NCBI GenBank assembly: GCA_965214655.1
Contig: OZ243965.1
Span: 1,669,716 to 1,733,715, forward strand
DNA length: 64,000 bases
Reading direction: 5' to 3'
Source: Bryobacterales bacterium
GTDB lineage: Bacteria > Acidobacteriota > Terriglobia > Bryobacterales > UBA6623
The notes below the pieces were generated by a model. That model saw only the letters and a program-made list of their open reading frames with translations, had not been told where the DNA came from and made no database searches. A program made the position numbers and the translations under genes. This document shows, piece after piece, positions 17,133 to 25,361 of the stretch. Every line of letters begins with the position of its first letter. Position 1 is the first letter of the stretch.

Positions 17133-17798
17133 TCACGCCCGAGGAACCTGCTCCGCCAGTTCTTCTCGAATCGCCTCTCCCAGCTCTCCGGGGTCGAATC
17201 CGTACGGCCCCGGACCGCCTTTGTAAACGATGGCGCCGTCCGTATCCACGAGGTACATGCGCTCGGGCCACGCCGTATAGCGCTTTTCTACGGGGAAGTC
17301 CATTCGGTCGACCAGCGTGGGGAACTCGATATCGAGCCGCCGCACGCACATGTCGGCGTATCGATCCTTTTCCTCGTAGGTGCGCGCGAGGGGCACGTCG
17401 AATCCGCGCCGCGCATTGATCTTCAGCGCCCAGGCGTCCGCGGCGTGCGCTTCCCGGATGTAAATCAACAGAAACTGAACCCGCCCGCCGTATTCGCGGT
17501 ACAGCGCGTTGAGGGCCGGAACCTCCGCCCGAAACGGCGGTCAGGTGTAGCTGCCGAAAATCAAGGCGACCGGCTTTTCGCCGCGGAACGACGACAGCCG
17601 CACGGTCTCTTCGGATTTCTTGTATTGCAGCTCGAAATCGGGAGCCTCGCCGCCAAGCCGGAGCGGCCCTTCGCCGTGGCCCATTTTGGCTTCCCAGTAC
17701 TTCGCCTGGAGCCAAAAGGAGTACCCGCTATAGCCGCCGTAGGCCAGCGCCGCGGCGACGGCGCCGCCGGCGATCCACCATTTCTTGCGCCGCGTCAT
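17133..17798 (-). CDS. iodothyronine-deiodinase-like thioredoxin-fold protein with in-frame TGA (predicted selenocysteine at 17543-17541)
   Basis: Track ORFs 17541..17798 and 17133..17468 share one frame, and the 72 nt between them contain no stop. The joined product reads ...GEKPVALIFGSYT-[TGA]-PPFRAEVPALNALYREYGGRVQFLLIYIREAHAADAW...YKGGPGPYGF. This matches the deiodinase-family active site FGSxT-U-PPF and the IYIxEAHxxDxW block. N-terminal TM anchor. Confidence 0.8.
17513..17530 (-). promoter_or_regulatory. candidate bacterial SECIS hairpin
   Basis: The mRNA reads UGA + 10 nt + GGGCGGAGGUUCCGGCCC. This can pair as GGG-CGGA / UCCG-(G)-CCC with an apical GGU loop. The position (stem begins 11 nt after UGA) and a G-U in the loop fit the general bacterial SECIS model. 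Not folded computationally. Confidence 0.4.
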
Positions 17799-17870
17799 CG
17801 GTTGAGTAGGCGGCGCGCGCGCCTTGCAGGGTTACATCCGCGCCGCCCGCTGGGCCGGCGCCGCGGATTT

Positions 17871-18293
17871 TCAGCCGGTCTCTTCGAAACTGCTGAAGAA
17901 AAACGCGCGCTCGACCGCCGCCGTCTCCGGCGCATCGGAGCCGTGGACCGCGTTTCTTTCGATGTCCGTGCCGTATAGATTGCGAATGGATCCCGCGGCG
18001 GCTTTCTTCGAGTCGGTCGCGCCCATGACCTCGCGCAGCTTGGCGATGGCGTCCTCGCGCTCCAGGATCATCGGCACGACCGGCCCCGAGGTCATGAACG
18101 CCACGAGGTCGTTATAGAAAGGCCGCCGGCTGTGCACCGCATAGAAGGCTTTGGCCTGCGCCTCGCTGAGCGTGATTTTCTTCATCGCCGCGATGACGAA
18201 GCCGGCTGCTTCCAGATGGGCGATGATCTTGCCCGTATTGCCAGCGGCGACGGCGTCGGGCTTGACGATGGTCAACGTTCTTTCAGTCGGCAT
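17871..18293 (-). CDS. ndk: nucleoside-diphosphate kinase
   Basis: 140 aa with [15 protein letters not shown]...[12 protein letters not shown], a canonical NDK. It is the C-terminal part of the 445-aa track ORF. ATG is at 18293-18291. Confidence 0.95.
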   Translation of the reverse strand: MPTERTLTIVKPDAVAAGNTGKIIAHLEAAGFVIAAMKKITLSEAQAKAFYAVHSRRPFYNDLVAFMTSGPVVPMILEREDAIAKLREVMGATDSKKAAAGSIRNLYGTDIERNAVHGSDAPETAAVERAFFFSSFEETG

Positions 18294-18295
18294 CT

Positions 18296-19198
18296 CTATC
18301 TTTCGCCGCCGGATTGCGGAGACGCAGCCGCGGCTTGCATCGCTCGAGCCAGCGTCGAAGCCAACTCGGCTGGCGAAGGCGCAACGGCTATCCCCGCCGC
18401 TTCCAGCGCCGCCTTTTTTTCCTTGGCGGTTCCCTTGCCGCCGGAGATGATTGCCCCGGCGTGGCCCATGCGCCGCCCCGGAGGCGCCGTCGCGCCGGCG
18501 ATAAAGCCCGCGACCGGTTTCTTCACGTTGCTCTTGACGAACTCGGCCGCGGCTTCTTCGGCAGTCCCGCCGATCTCGCCGATCATGATGACGCCCGCCG
18601 TGCCGGGATCGTCGTTGAACAGGCTCAGGGCGTCGATGAAACCGGTTCCGACGATCGGGTCGCCGCCGATGCCGATGCAGGTCGATTGCCCGATTCCCAG
18701 CGCCGTCAACTGGCCGACGGCTTCGTAGGTCAGCGTGCCGGAGCGCGACACCACGCCGACAGCGCCCTGCTTGTGGATCTTGCCCGGCATGATGCCGAGC
18801 TTGCATTTGCCGGGCGAAATGACGCCGGGGCAGTTCGGGCCGAGCAGGCGCGTCTTGCCGCCGCGCAGGGCGTCCGCCACCATCACCATGTCGCGCGCGG
18901 GGATGCCTTCGGTAATGCAGACGACCAACTCGATCTCCGCTTCGATCGCCTCCAGGATCGCGTCGGCGGCCCCCGGCGGGGGAACGAACACGATCGAGGC
19001 GTTCGGCCGCACGGCGCGGACGGCCTCGCGGACGGTATGGAAAACCGGCACGCCAAGCTGTTCCGAGCCGCCGCGGCCGGGGTGTACGCCGCCGACGATC
19101 TTCGTTCCATAGTCCATGCACTGCTGCGCGTGGAACGCCCCCGCGCGCCCGAATCCCTGGACGATGACGCGCGAGCTTTCGTCTACGAGTACGCTCAT
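18296..19198 (-). CDS. sucD: succinate--CoA ligase subunit alpha
   Basis: 300 aa with [34 protein letters not shown] and MGHAGAII. Confidence 0.95.
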   Translation of the reverse strand: MSVLVDESSRVIVQGFGRAGAFHAQQCMDYGTKIVGGVHPGRGGSEQLGVPVFHTVREAVRAVRPNASIVFVPPPGAADAILEAIEAEIELVVCITEGIPARDMVMVADALRGGKTRLLGPNCPGVISPGKCKLGIMPGKIHKQGAVGVVSRSGTLTYEAVGQLTALGIGQSTCIGIGGDPIVGTGFIDALSLFNDDPGTAGVIMIGEIGGTAEEAAAEFVKSNVKKPVAGFIAGATAPPGRRMGHAGAIISGGKGTAKEKKAALEAAGIAVAPSPAELASTLARAMQAAAASPQSGGER

Positions 19199-19204
19199 GG
19201 TTCG

Positions 19205-20362
19205 TCAAGCGGCAAGCGCCACTACCTTCTCGGCGGCTTCTTTCATGTCGCCGGCAACGGTGAAATCGAGGCCGGATTCATTCAGGATTTCGCGGCCGCG
19301 CTCGATGTTCGTGCCCTCCAGCCTGAGCACGATGGGCGCCTGGATGTCGAGCTCGGTGGCCGCCGCGACTACGCCCTCGGCCAACACGTCCACCTTCAAA
19401 ATGCCGCCGAAAATGTTGATGAGGACGGCCTTGACGTTCGGATCGGAAAGGATGATGCGAAACCCGTTGCGGATCTGGTCTTTGCTGGCGCCGCCGCCGA
19501 CGTCGAGAAAATTCGCGGGCATGCCCCCGGCGTATTGGATGATGTCCATCGTGGCCATGGCCAGACCGGCGCCGTTGACGATGCAGCCGACGTTGCCGTC
19601 GAGCTTGATGTAGTTGAGGCCGTGGTCGATCGCCTCGGTTTCGAGCGGCTCTTCTTCGTCGAGGTCGCGCAGAGCGGCCAGGTCCGCGTGACGGAACATG
19701 GCGTTGTCGTCGAAGTCCATCTTGGCGTCGAGGGCGACGGCGCGGCCGTCATGGGTGATGACGAAGGGATTGATTTCGACCAGGGAGGCGTCAGTGGCTT
19801 CGTAGGCTTCGGCCAAGGCGGTCATCGCCTGCGCCGCGGCGGCGAATGCGCCGCCCTCGATGCCGATCTCGTAGGCGGTTCGGCGCGCCTGATAGGGGCG
19901 CAGACCGCGGCCCGGCTCGATCGTTTCCTTATGAATGGCTTGGGGGTTGCGGGCGGCGACCTCCTCGATCTCCATGCCGCCCTCGGCGGACGCCATGAAG
20001 ACCGGCTTGGCGATCGCCCGGTCGAGAACCACGCCGAGATAAATTTCGCGGGCAATGGGCATCTGCTCTTCGATCAGCAAGCGCTTGACGATCTTGCCTT
20101 CGGGGCCGGTCTGCGGAGTGATCAGCGGCCGGCCCAGGATGGCCTGCGCTCTTGCGACCGCTTGGTCAACGCTGTGAGCGAGCTTGACGCCCCCGCCCTT
20201 GCCGCGTCCTCCGGCATGGATTTGCGCCTTGACCACGACCTTGCCGCCGAGCTTCTCGGCTGCGCCGCGGACTTCGTCGAGCGAAAAGGCGACCGCGCCG
20301 CGCGGCGTGGGGACGTTGTAGCGGCGCAAGATCTCCTTGGCCTGGTATTCGTGAATCTTCAT
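19205..20362 (-). CDS. sucC: succinate--CoA ligase (ADP-forming) subunit beta
   Basis: 385 aa with [37 protein letters not shown] and [15 protein letters not shown]. Confidence 0.95.
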   Translation of the reverse strand: MKIHEYQAKEILRRYNVPTPRGAVAFSLDEVRGAAEKLGGKVVVKAQIHAGGRGKGGGVKLAHSVDQAVARAQAILGRPLITPQTGPEGKIVKRLLIEEQMPIAREIYLGVVLDRAIAKPVFMASAEGGMEIEEVAARNPQAIHKETIEPGRGLRPYQARRTAYEIGIEGGAFAAAAQAMTALAEAYEATDASLVEINPFVITHDGRAVALDAKMDFDDNAMFRHADLAALRDLDEEEPLETEAIDHGLNYIKLDGNVGCIVNGAGLAMATMDIIQYAGGMPANFLDVGGGASKDQIRNGFRIILSDPNVKAVLINIFGGILKVDVLAEGVVAAATELDIQAPIVLRLEGTNIERGREILNESGLDFTVAGDMKEAAEKVVALAA

Positions 20363-20467
20363 GGGATTGCCCCTGCGCGATCCGCTCTGCCCGGCGGTAC
20401 GATCAGGGGATTGGGAACGGAGCCTTAAAATCCAATTTTATCGAGGCTGCGAAGGGAACGCAATTCG

Positions 20468-21496
20468 ATGGTGAAAATTCAAGCGGCGCTGCGCAAGGCA
20501 GTTTCTCGGGCGGACCTCGCCGAAGCGGAAGCCGCCGCGGTCATGAACGAAATCCTGCGGGGCGAATCGACGCCCGCGCTGACGGCGGCGCTGCTGACCG
20601 CGCTGCGCATGAAAGGCGAAACAGTGGACGAGATCGCCGGTTTCGCCCGCGCCATGCGCGCCAATGCCGTCGCCGTCCGACCGGCGAAGACCGCCCCGGA
20701 GGCCCTGGTCGATACCTGCGGCACGGGCGGCGACGGCGGCGCGACGTTCAACGTATCGACCGCCGCCGCCTTCGTCGCCGCGGGCGCGGGCGCCGCGGTC
20801 GCCAAGCACGGCAACCGCTCGGTGTCGAGCCGCTGCGGCTCGGCGGACGTGTTGGAAGCCTGCGGCGTCAATGTCCGCAACGCCTCCGCGCGGGCGGCCG
20901 AGTGCATCGACGCAATCGGCGTCGGCTTTCTCTTCGCCCCCGCCATGCACCCGGCCATGAAACATGCCGGCCCGGTGCGCAAGGAACTCGGCATGCGCAC
21001 GGCGTTCAACATCCTGGGGCCCCTGACCAATCCCGCGGGCGCGGGCGCGCAGGTGATGGGCGTCTTCGCGGACGCGCTCGTCGAGCCGGCGGCGCAGGTC
21101 TTGCGCCGCCTCGGCGTCAGGCGGGCGTTTGTCGTTCACGGCAGCGATGGGCTGGACGAGATCACCACTACCGGCCCGACGAAGCTGGCCGAAGTGTGCG
21201 GCGGCGCAGTCAGCGTCCGCGCGGTGACGCCCGAAAACTTCGGAGTGCCGCGGGCGACCGCAGCGGATCTCTCCGGAGGCGGCCGCGAGGCCAATGCGGC
21301 GGCGCTGCAAGCGATTCTCCAAGGCGAAAAAGGCCCGCGGCGCGATATCGTGCTGGCCAACGCCGCCGCCGCGCTGGCCGCCGCCGGCCGGGCCGACGAT
21401 TTCCGGGAGGGCGCGGGGCAGGCGGCCGAGGCGATCGACTCCGGCGCGGCGGCCCGCAAGCTGGACGCGCTGGTCGAATTCAGCCAAGACCGGTAA
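20468..21496 (+). CDS. trpD: anthranilate phosphoribosyltransferase
   Basis: 342 aa with DTCGTGGDG, VAKHGNRSVSS, HPAMKHAGPVRKELG and TAFNILGPLTNP. Confidence 0.92.
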   Translation: MVKIQAALRKAVSRADLAEAEAAAVMNEILRGESTPALTAALLTALRMKGETVDEIAGFARAMRANAVAVRPAKTAPEALVDTCGTGGDGGATFNVSTAAAFVAAGAGAAVAKHGNRSVSSRCGSADVLEACGVNVRNASARAAECIDAIGVGFLFAPAMHPAMKHAGPVRKELGMRTAFNILGPLTNPAGAGAQVMGVFADALVEPAAQVLRRLGVRRAFVVHGSDGLDEITTTGPTKLAEVCGGAVSVRAVTPENFGVPRATAADLSGGGREANAAALQAILQGEKGPRRDIVLANAAAALAAAGRADDFREGAGQAAEAIDSGAAARKLDALVEFSQDR

Positions 21497-21589
21497 AAAA
21501 TTCCCGGCGCCGCTGGACAGCCCCCTGGAGTTTCCGGCAAGGTAAATTCTGGATCGGCGTTCGATCGGTAAACCTAGAAGGAAGTAAAT

Positions 21590-22228
21590 ATGACCATAAA
21601 GGAATTGCAGAGGGAAATAGAAGACAGTCTGGAGGCCGTGCAAGCCATGTCCGATCTACCGGCGGAGTTCGAGGGACTGCGCTTGTTGATGCCGCATGAC
21701 GCCGTGCCTCGCGTGACGATCAGAAACGTTCGCAACGGCGGCAGACTCCGCTCGGACGCTTCGGCGCAGGAGTTCCGCCCCCGGGAGTGCGAAGTGGTGC
21801 TGCGCTTCGATGCGTATGCGGACGACATCGGCGAGGAACCGGAGCGCGGTCTCTCCGCTTCGGAGGACACCCCGCTGCGGCCCGAGATCGAAGAACTGAT
21901 GGAAGCTCTGGACCGCATCGAAGGATCGCGGAACTTCGTGGGTTTGAAGTGGTTCCGCGACCGCTTCCTCCCGGCGGAAGGCTATTCCTGGGCGGACGAC
22001 CGCGGCTTCTGCGGGCATCTGATTCGAGAAGCAACGGAGGAAAAACTGTTGCTCACGAGCCAGGTTCCGAACCCCCGCGACCCCATGCAGCCGACCACGG
22101 CGATTCGCATCAACCGCAGCCATCCCCGGTTTCGGCAACCGCGCGCGGCGCCGCGGCCGCGGGCGTTCAACCCGGTCCGGGCGAGGGGCAAGCCGTTGCC
22201 GCCGACGGGGCGCGAGGACAGGCGGTAG
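21590..22228 (+). CDS. hypothetical protein
   Basis: 212-aa ORF with ATG preceded by GAAGGAAG. No recognisable family. The C-terminal 40 aa are Arg/Pro-rich. Confidence 0.45.
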   Translation: MTIKELQREIEDSLEAVQAMSDLPAEFEGLRLLMPHDAVPRVTIRNVRNGGRLRSDASAQEFRPRECEVVLRFDAYADDIGEEPERGLSASEDTPLRPEIEELMEALDRIEGSRNFVGLKWFRDRFLPAEGYSWADDRGFCGHLIREATEEKLLLTSQVPNPRDPMQPTTAIRINRSHPRFRQPRAAPRPRAFNPVRARGKPLPPTGREDRR

Positions 22229-22247
22229 GCCGGCTGGCGGCGGCCTC

Positions 22248-23189
22248 CTACCGAATCACGTCTCCCTCGACGTCGAGCAGGACGTTGGCGCAGAGATCGT
22301 TGCCGAACGTTTCCCAGTCCAGGAAGCTCCACACGACTTCTTTCCGGCGGTTGACCTCGATAAGCTGCGGATACCGGCCCCCGGCGTGCGTATTGGCAAT
22401 CACGACGTTGCCGTTGGGCAGTATCTGCAACTGCGTGACCCAGAAGAGCTTGACGCCGGGCAACTCCTCGCGCTCGACGCTCCAGACGATCTCGCCGCCG
22501 GGATTCACTTCGAGGACGCGATTGTTGTTGCCGCCGCCGATCATCGTATTGCCGTTGGGCAGGCGGTAGGCCGAATAGACGTGAATCCCGTGGCCCTGGT
22601 GCGTCGGCGTCGCCGGCCCGGTCAGCTCCATGCGGTATTCCCAGACGACCTTGCCTTCGGGCGAGTATTCGCGGACCGCGCCGTCGTTCTCATGGGTGAC
22701 CAGGTAGGTTCCCTGCGGCGTCTTGCGCGCCAGTCGCGTATCGCGGTGGTGGTGGGGCTTGTCCACTTGGAGACCTACCTCGGCATGAATCTTGCCTTTG
22801 CGGTCGACCTCGACGATGCGCCTGTTGCCCGTCTCGGCGATCATCGTCAGCCCGTTGTCGAGCCGCTGGAACCCGTGAATCTCGACCTTGCCGTCGTATG
22901 ACCCGGCCGCCGTCGATTCCCACCGCCAGACGATCTCCTTCTCGGGCGTCACCTCGACAATGGCGTTCCTTGCCGTGGGCGCCAGCACGTTGCCGTTCTT
23001 GAGCAAGTGCAGGTCGTGAGCCACGGCGCCGTTTTCCCAGGTCCAGTCCACCGAGCCGTCCGGGTTGACGACTGCGACGCGGCGTTTGTCCTGGGCCATC
23101 ACGCGGTGCGCGGTCTTGGCCGCAAGCGCAGCCGCTCCGGAGAAGGCGGTCATGCCGGCGGCGGCCCAAAGAAACTGTCGGCGGCGCAT
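22248..23189 (-). CDS. secreted beta-propeller repeat protein (Tat-type signal)
   Basis: I place the start at ATG 23189 (MRRRQFLWAAAGMTAFSGAAALA). At least five repeats of the pattern ..L.NGN.L......I.EV...G.IVW. Confidence 0.65.
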   Translation of the reverse strand: MRRRQFLWAAAGMTAFSGAAALAAKTAHRVMAQDKRRVAVVNPDGSVDWTWENGAVAHDLHLLKNGNVLAPTARNAIVEVTPEKEIVWRWESTAAGSYDGKVEIHGFQRLDNGLTMIAETGNRRIVEVDRKGKIHAEVGLQVDKPHHHRDTRLARKTPQGTYLVTHENDGAVREYSPEGKVVWEYRMELTGPATPTHQGHGIHVYSAYRLPNGNTMIGGGNNNRVLEVNPGGEIVWSVEREELPGVKLFWVTQLQILPNGNVVIANTHAGGRYPQLIEVNRRKEVVWSFLDWETFGNDLCANVLLDVEGDVIR

Positions 23190-23247
23190 GCCGCGATTAT
23201 AGAGCGCGAACGACGCTGCGGCGCTCGACTGCGCGTCGACCGGCCGC

Positions 23248-24213
23248 TCAGTCAACAAGGTAGATTCCGGCGCCGATCAGCAGCGGCACGCCTTGCGCCG
23301 AGACCCGCTTGACGAAGGCGGCCTTGCGATGCCAGGTTCCCGTCCGGGGGTGGATCGCATGGTAGTAGAGATGGCTTTCGCCGAACGTGCCCGCCACGTC
23401 AACCATGTCTCTGCCGTTGAACCTTGCCCGATAGTCGCGGCCCCACTCCAGAACGGGCTTCCCGCTCAGCGTGATCGCATGGCCCGAAAACAACTGGTTG
23501 CCCAGCATGTCCATGCCGAACACGTAAATCGAGCCGGCGCGCCAGCGCGGATCGCTTTGCAGCAGCAGCGCGGCGAAGTAGCCCTTCGACTCGACTTCCA
23601 GGGCGGCGCAGCGGACGAACTCCTCCAATCGCTGCATCGACGGCTCGGCGGCGAGCAACTCGGCGTTGACTTGCGCGGGGTGGCAGGCGCCGGGGAAATC
23701 GCGGCTGTAGATCCCCGCGCCGATCACGGCGTCCTCCCCGTTCCAGTCGATGCGGATCGTGTAGCTGGCCTTGGGCTCGGTCAAGTTGTCATCCGGGTTG
23801 CGGAACTCGTAATAGACCCAGCCGCGGTCGGCCAACCCCGAAGTCCTGTGGAACTCCTCCACCAAATCCGTGCCGAAGCCGTCGGTCTGATCGCCCCAAG
23901 GCGTCCCTTCGCGGCTCGAATCCGGAGGAAAGACAAGGGGGGTGCGCGTCGAGGGATTCAGCACGAACACGTAGAACTGCCCGCTTTCCCAGCGCGCATC
24001 CTCGTGAAAGGCGCGCCGAGCTTCCTCAACGCCCGCCTCCAGGGCGTATTCGTAAGCGCACTGGACGAACGCCTCGATATCTTCCGTAGAGCGAATGGCG
24101 GCGGCGGCGACCGATTTCTCCGCGCAAGGGACGGGCGGCGCCGCGGAGGCCCGCGCCATGCTTCCCGCAAGCAGCAGAAGCGCGATGGGAGCAACCGCTC
24201 TCGAAACGTTCAT
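23248..24213 (-). CDS. secreted stand-alone double Cache-like (sCache_2-like) domain protein, copy A
   Basis: I place the start at ATG 24213 (MNVSRAVAPIALLLLAGSMARASA). Two modules each end in ..GAGIY and carry YVFV/YVFG...W.YYEF blocks resembling single-Cache_2 domains. No transmitter domain. Confidence 0.6.
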   Translation of the reverse strand: MNVSRAVAPIALLLLAGSMARASAAPPVPCAEKSVAAAAIRSTEDIEAFVQCAYEYALEAGVEEARRAFHEDARWESGQFYVFVLNPSTRTPLVFPPDSSREGTPWGDQTDGFGTDLVEEFHRTSGLADRGWVYYEFRNPDDNLTEPKASYTIRIDWNGEDAVIGAGIYSRDFPGACHPAQVNAELLAAEPSMQRLEEFVRCAALEVESKGYFAALLLQSDPRWRAGSIYVFGMDMLGNQLFSGHAITLSGKPVLEWGRDYRARFNGRDMVDVAGTFGESHLYYHAIHPRTGTWHRKAAFVKRVSAQGVPLLIGAGIYLVD

Positions 24214-24296
24214 CCCTGCGATTGTATCACCGCCGCGCCTGCGCCCGGTCACAACAGGACGGCGGCCGCAAGCGGAACGGCTGCCCGCTCGGCCGA

Positions 24297-25268
24297 TCAG
24301 TCGGTCAAGTAGATTCCGGCACCGATCAGCAGCGGCACGCCTTGCCCCGACACCCGCTTGACGAAGGCCGCCTTGCGATGCCAATTCCCCGTCTCGGGAT
24401 GGATCGCATGGTAGTAGATGTAGCTCTCGCCGAACGTCCCCGCCACGTCGATCATATCCCGCCCGTTGAACCTTGCTCGAGGATCGCGGCCCCATTCCAG
24501 AACGGGCTTGCCATTCACCACGACCGAATGACCCGAAAACAACTGGTTGCCCGCCATGTCCATGCCGAACACGTAAATCGAGCCGGCGCGCCAGCGCGGA
24601 TCGCTTTGCAGCAACAGCGCGGCGAAGTAGCCCTTCGACTCGGCCTCCAGGGCGGCGCAGCGGACAAACTCCTCCAGCCTTTCCATGGACTGTTCCTCCG
24701 CAAGCAGCGCGGCGTTGACTTGCGCGGCGTGGCAGGTTCCGGGGAAGTCGCGGCGGTAAATCCCCGCGCCGATCACGGCGCCGGTGTCGGTCCCGTTCCA
24801 GTCGATGCGCACCGCGTAGCTGGCCTTCGGCTCGGTCAGTCCGTTCTCCGGGTTGCGGAACTCGTAATAGACCCAGCCGCGGTCGACAAATTCCAAGGCG
24901 CGGTCAAATGCCTCGAGCAAGTCCGTGCCGAAGCCGTCGATTTGTTCGTCCCAAGGCGCCTCTTCGCGGCTCGGATCCGGAGGAAAGACAAAGGTAGTGC
25001 GCGTAGGGGGATTCAGCACGAACACGTAGAACTGACCGCTTTTCCAGCGCTTATCTTCGTGAAAGGCGCGGTACGCTTCCTCAGGGCCCATTTCTTGCGC
25101 GTACTCATAAGCGCATTGGACGAACGCCTCGATATCTTCCGTAGAGCGAATGACGGCGGCGGCGACCGATTTCTCCGCGCAAGGGATGGGCGCGGCCGCG
25201 GAGGCCGGCGCCATGCTTCCCGCAAGCAGCAGCAGCGCGATGGGAGTAACCACTCTCGAAACGTTCAT
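24297..25268 (-). CDS. secreted stand-alone double Cache-like domain protein, copy B (tandem paralogue)
   Basis: 323 aa, collinear with copy A along its whole length, with about four-fifths identical residues by eye. Same signal peptide. Confidence 0.6.
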   Translation of the reverse strand: MNVSRVVTPIALLLLAGSMAPASAAAPIPCAEKSVAAAVIRSTEDIEAFVQCAYEYAQEMGPEEAYRAFHEDKRWKSGQFYVFVLNPPTRTTFVFPPDPSREEAPWDEQIDGFGTDLLEAFDRALEFVDRGWVYYEFRNPENGLTEPKASYAVRIDWNGTDTGAVIGAGIYRRDFPGTCHAAQVNAALLAEEQSMERLEEFVRCAALEAESKGYFAALLLQSDPRWRAGSIYVFGMDMAGNQLFSGHSVVVNGKPVLEWGRDPRARFNGRDMIDVAGTFGESYIYYHAIHPETGNWHRKAAFVKRVSGQGVPLLIGAGIYLTD

Positions 25269-25361
25269 CTATTTGATCGTATTACAGCCGCGCACAACCG
25301 CGCACGCGCTCGGCAAACGGACGGGAAGACTGGAACAGTGCTACAACTAACTGGGGCGGTT

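Noticed and set aside
17541-17543. Interpreting the in-frame TGA as a simple pseudogene lesion, a sequencing error, or an alternative genetic code.
   Set aside because: The TGA falls exactly on the Sec/Cys catalytic position of the deiodinase signature. The downstream 111 codons keep family motifs and high GC3, and a hairpin follows at SECIS distance. TGA terminates many other genes here, which excludes recoding of the whole genome. Sequencing error cannot be excluded without reads.
17871-19208. 445-aa minus-strand ORF suggesting a large fusion protein ending in NDK.
   Set aside because: Only the last 140 codons (from ATG 18293) are NDK. The upstream part is an out-of-frame read through sucD with an Arg/Gly-rich nonsense sequence.
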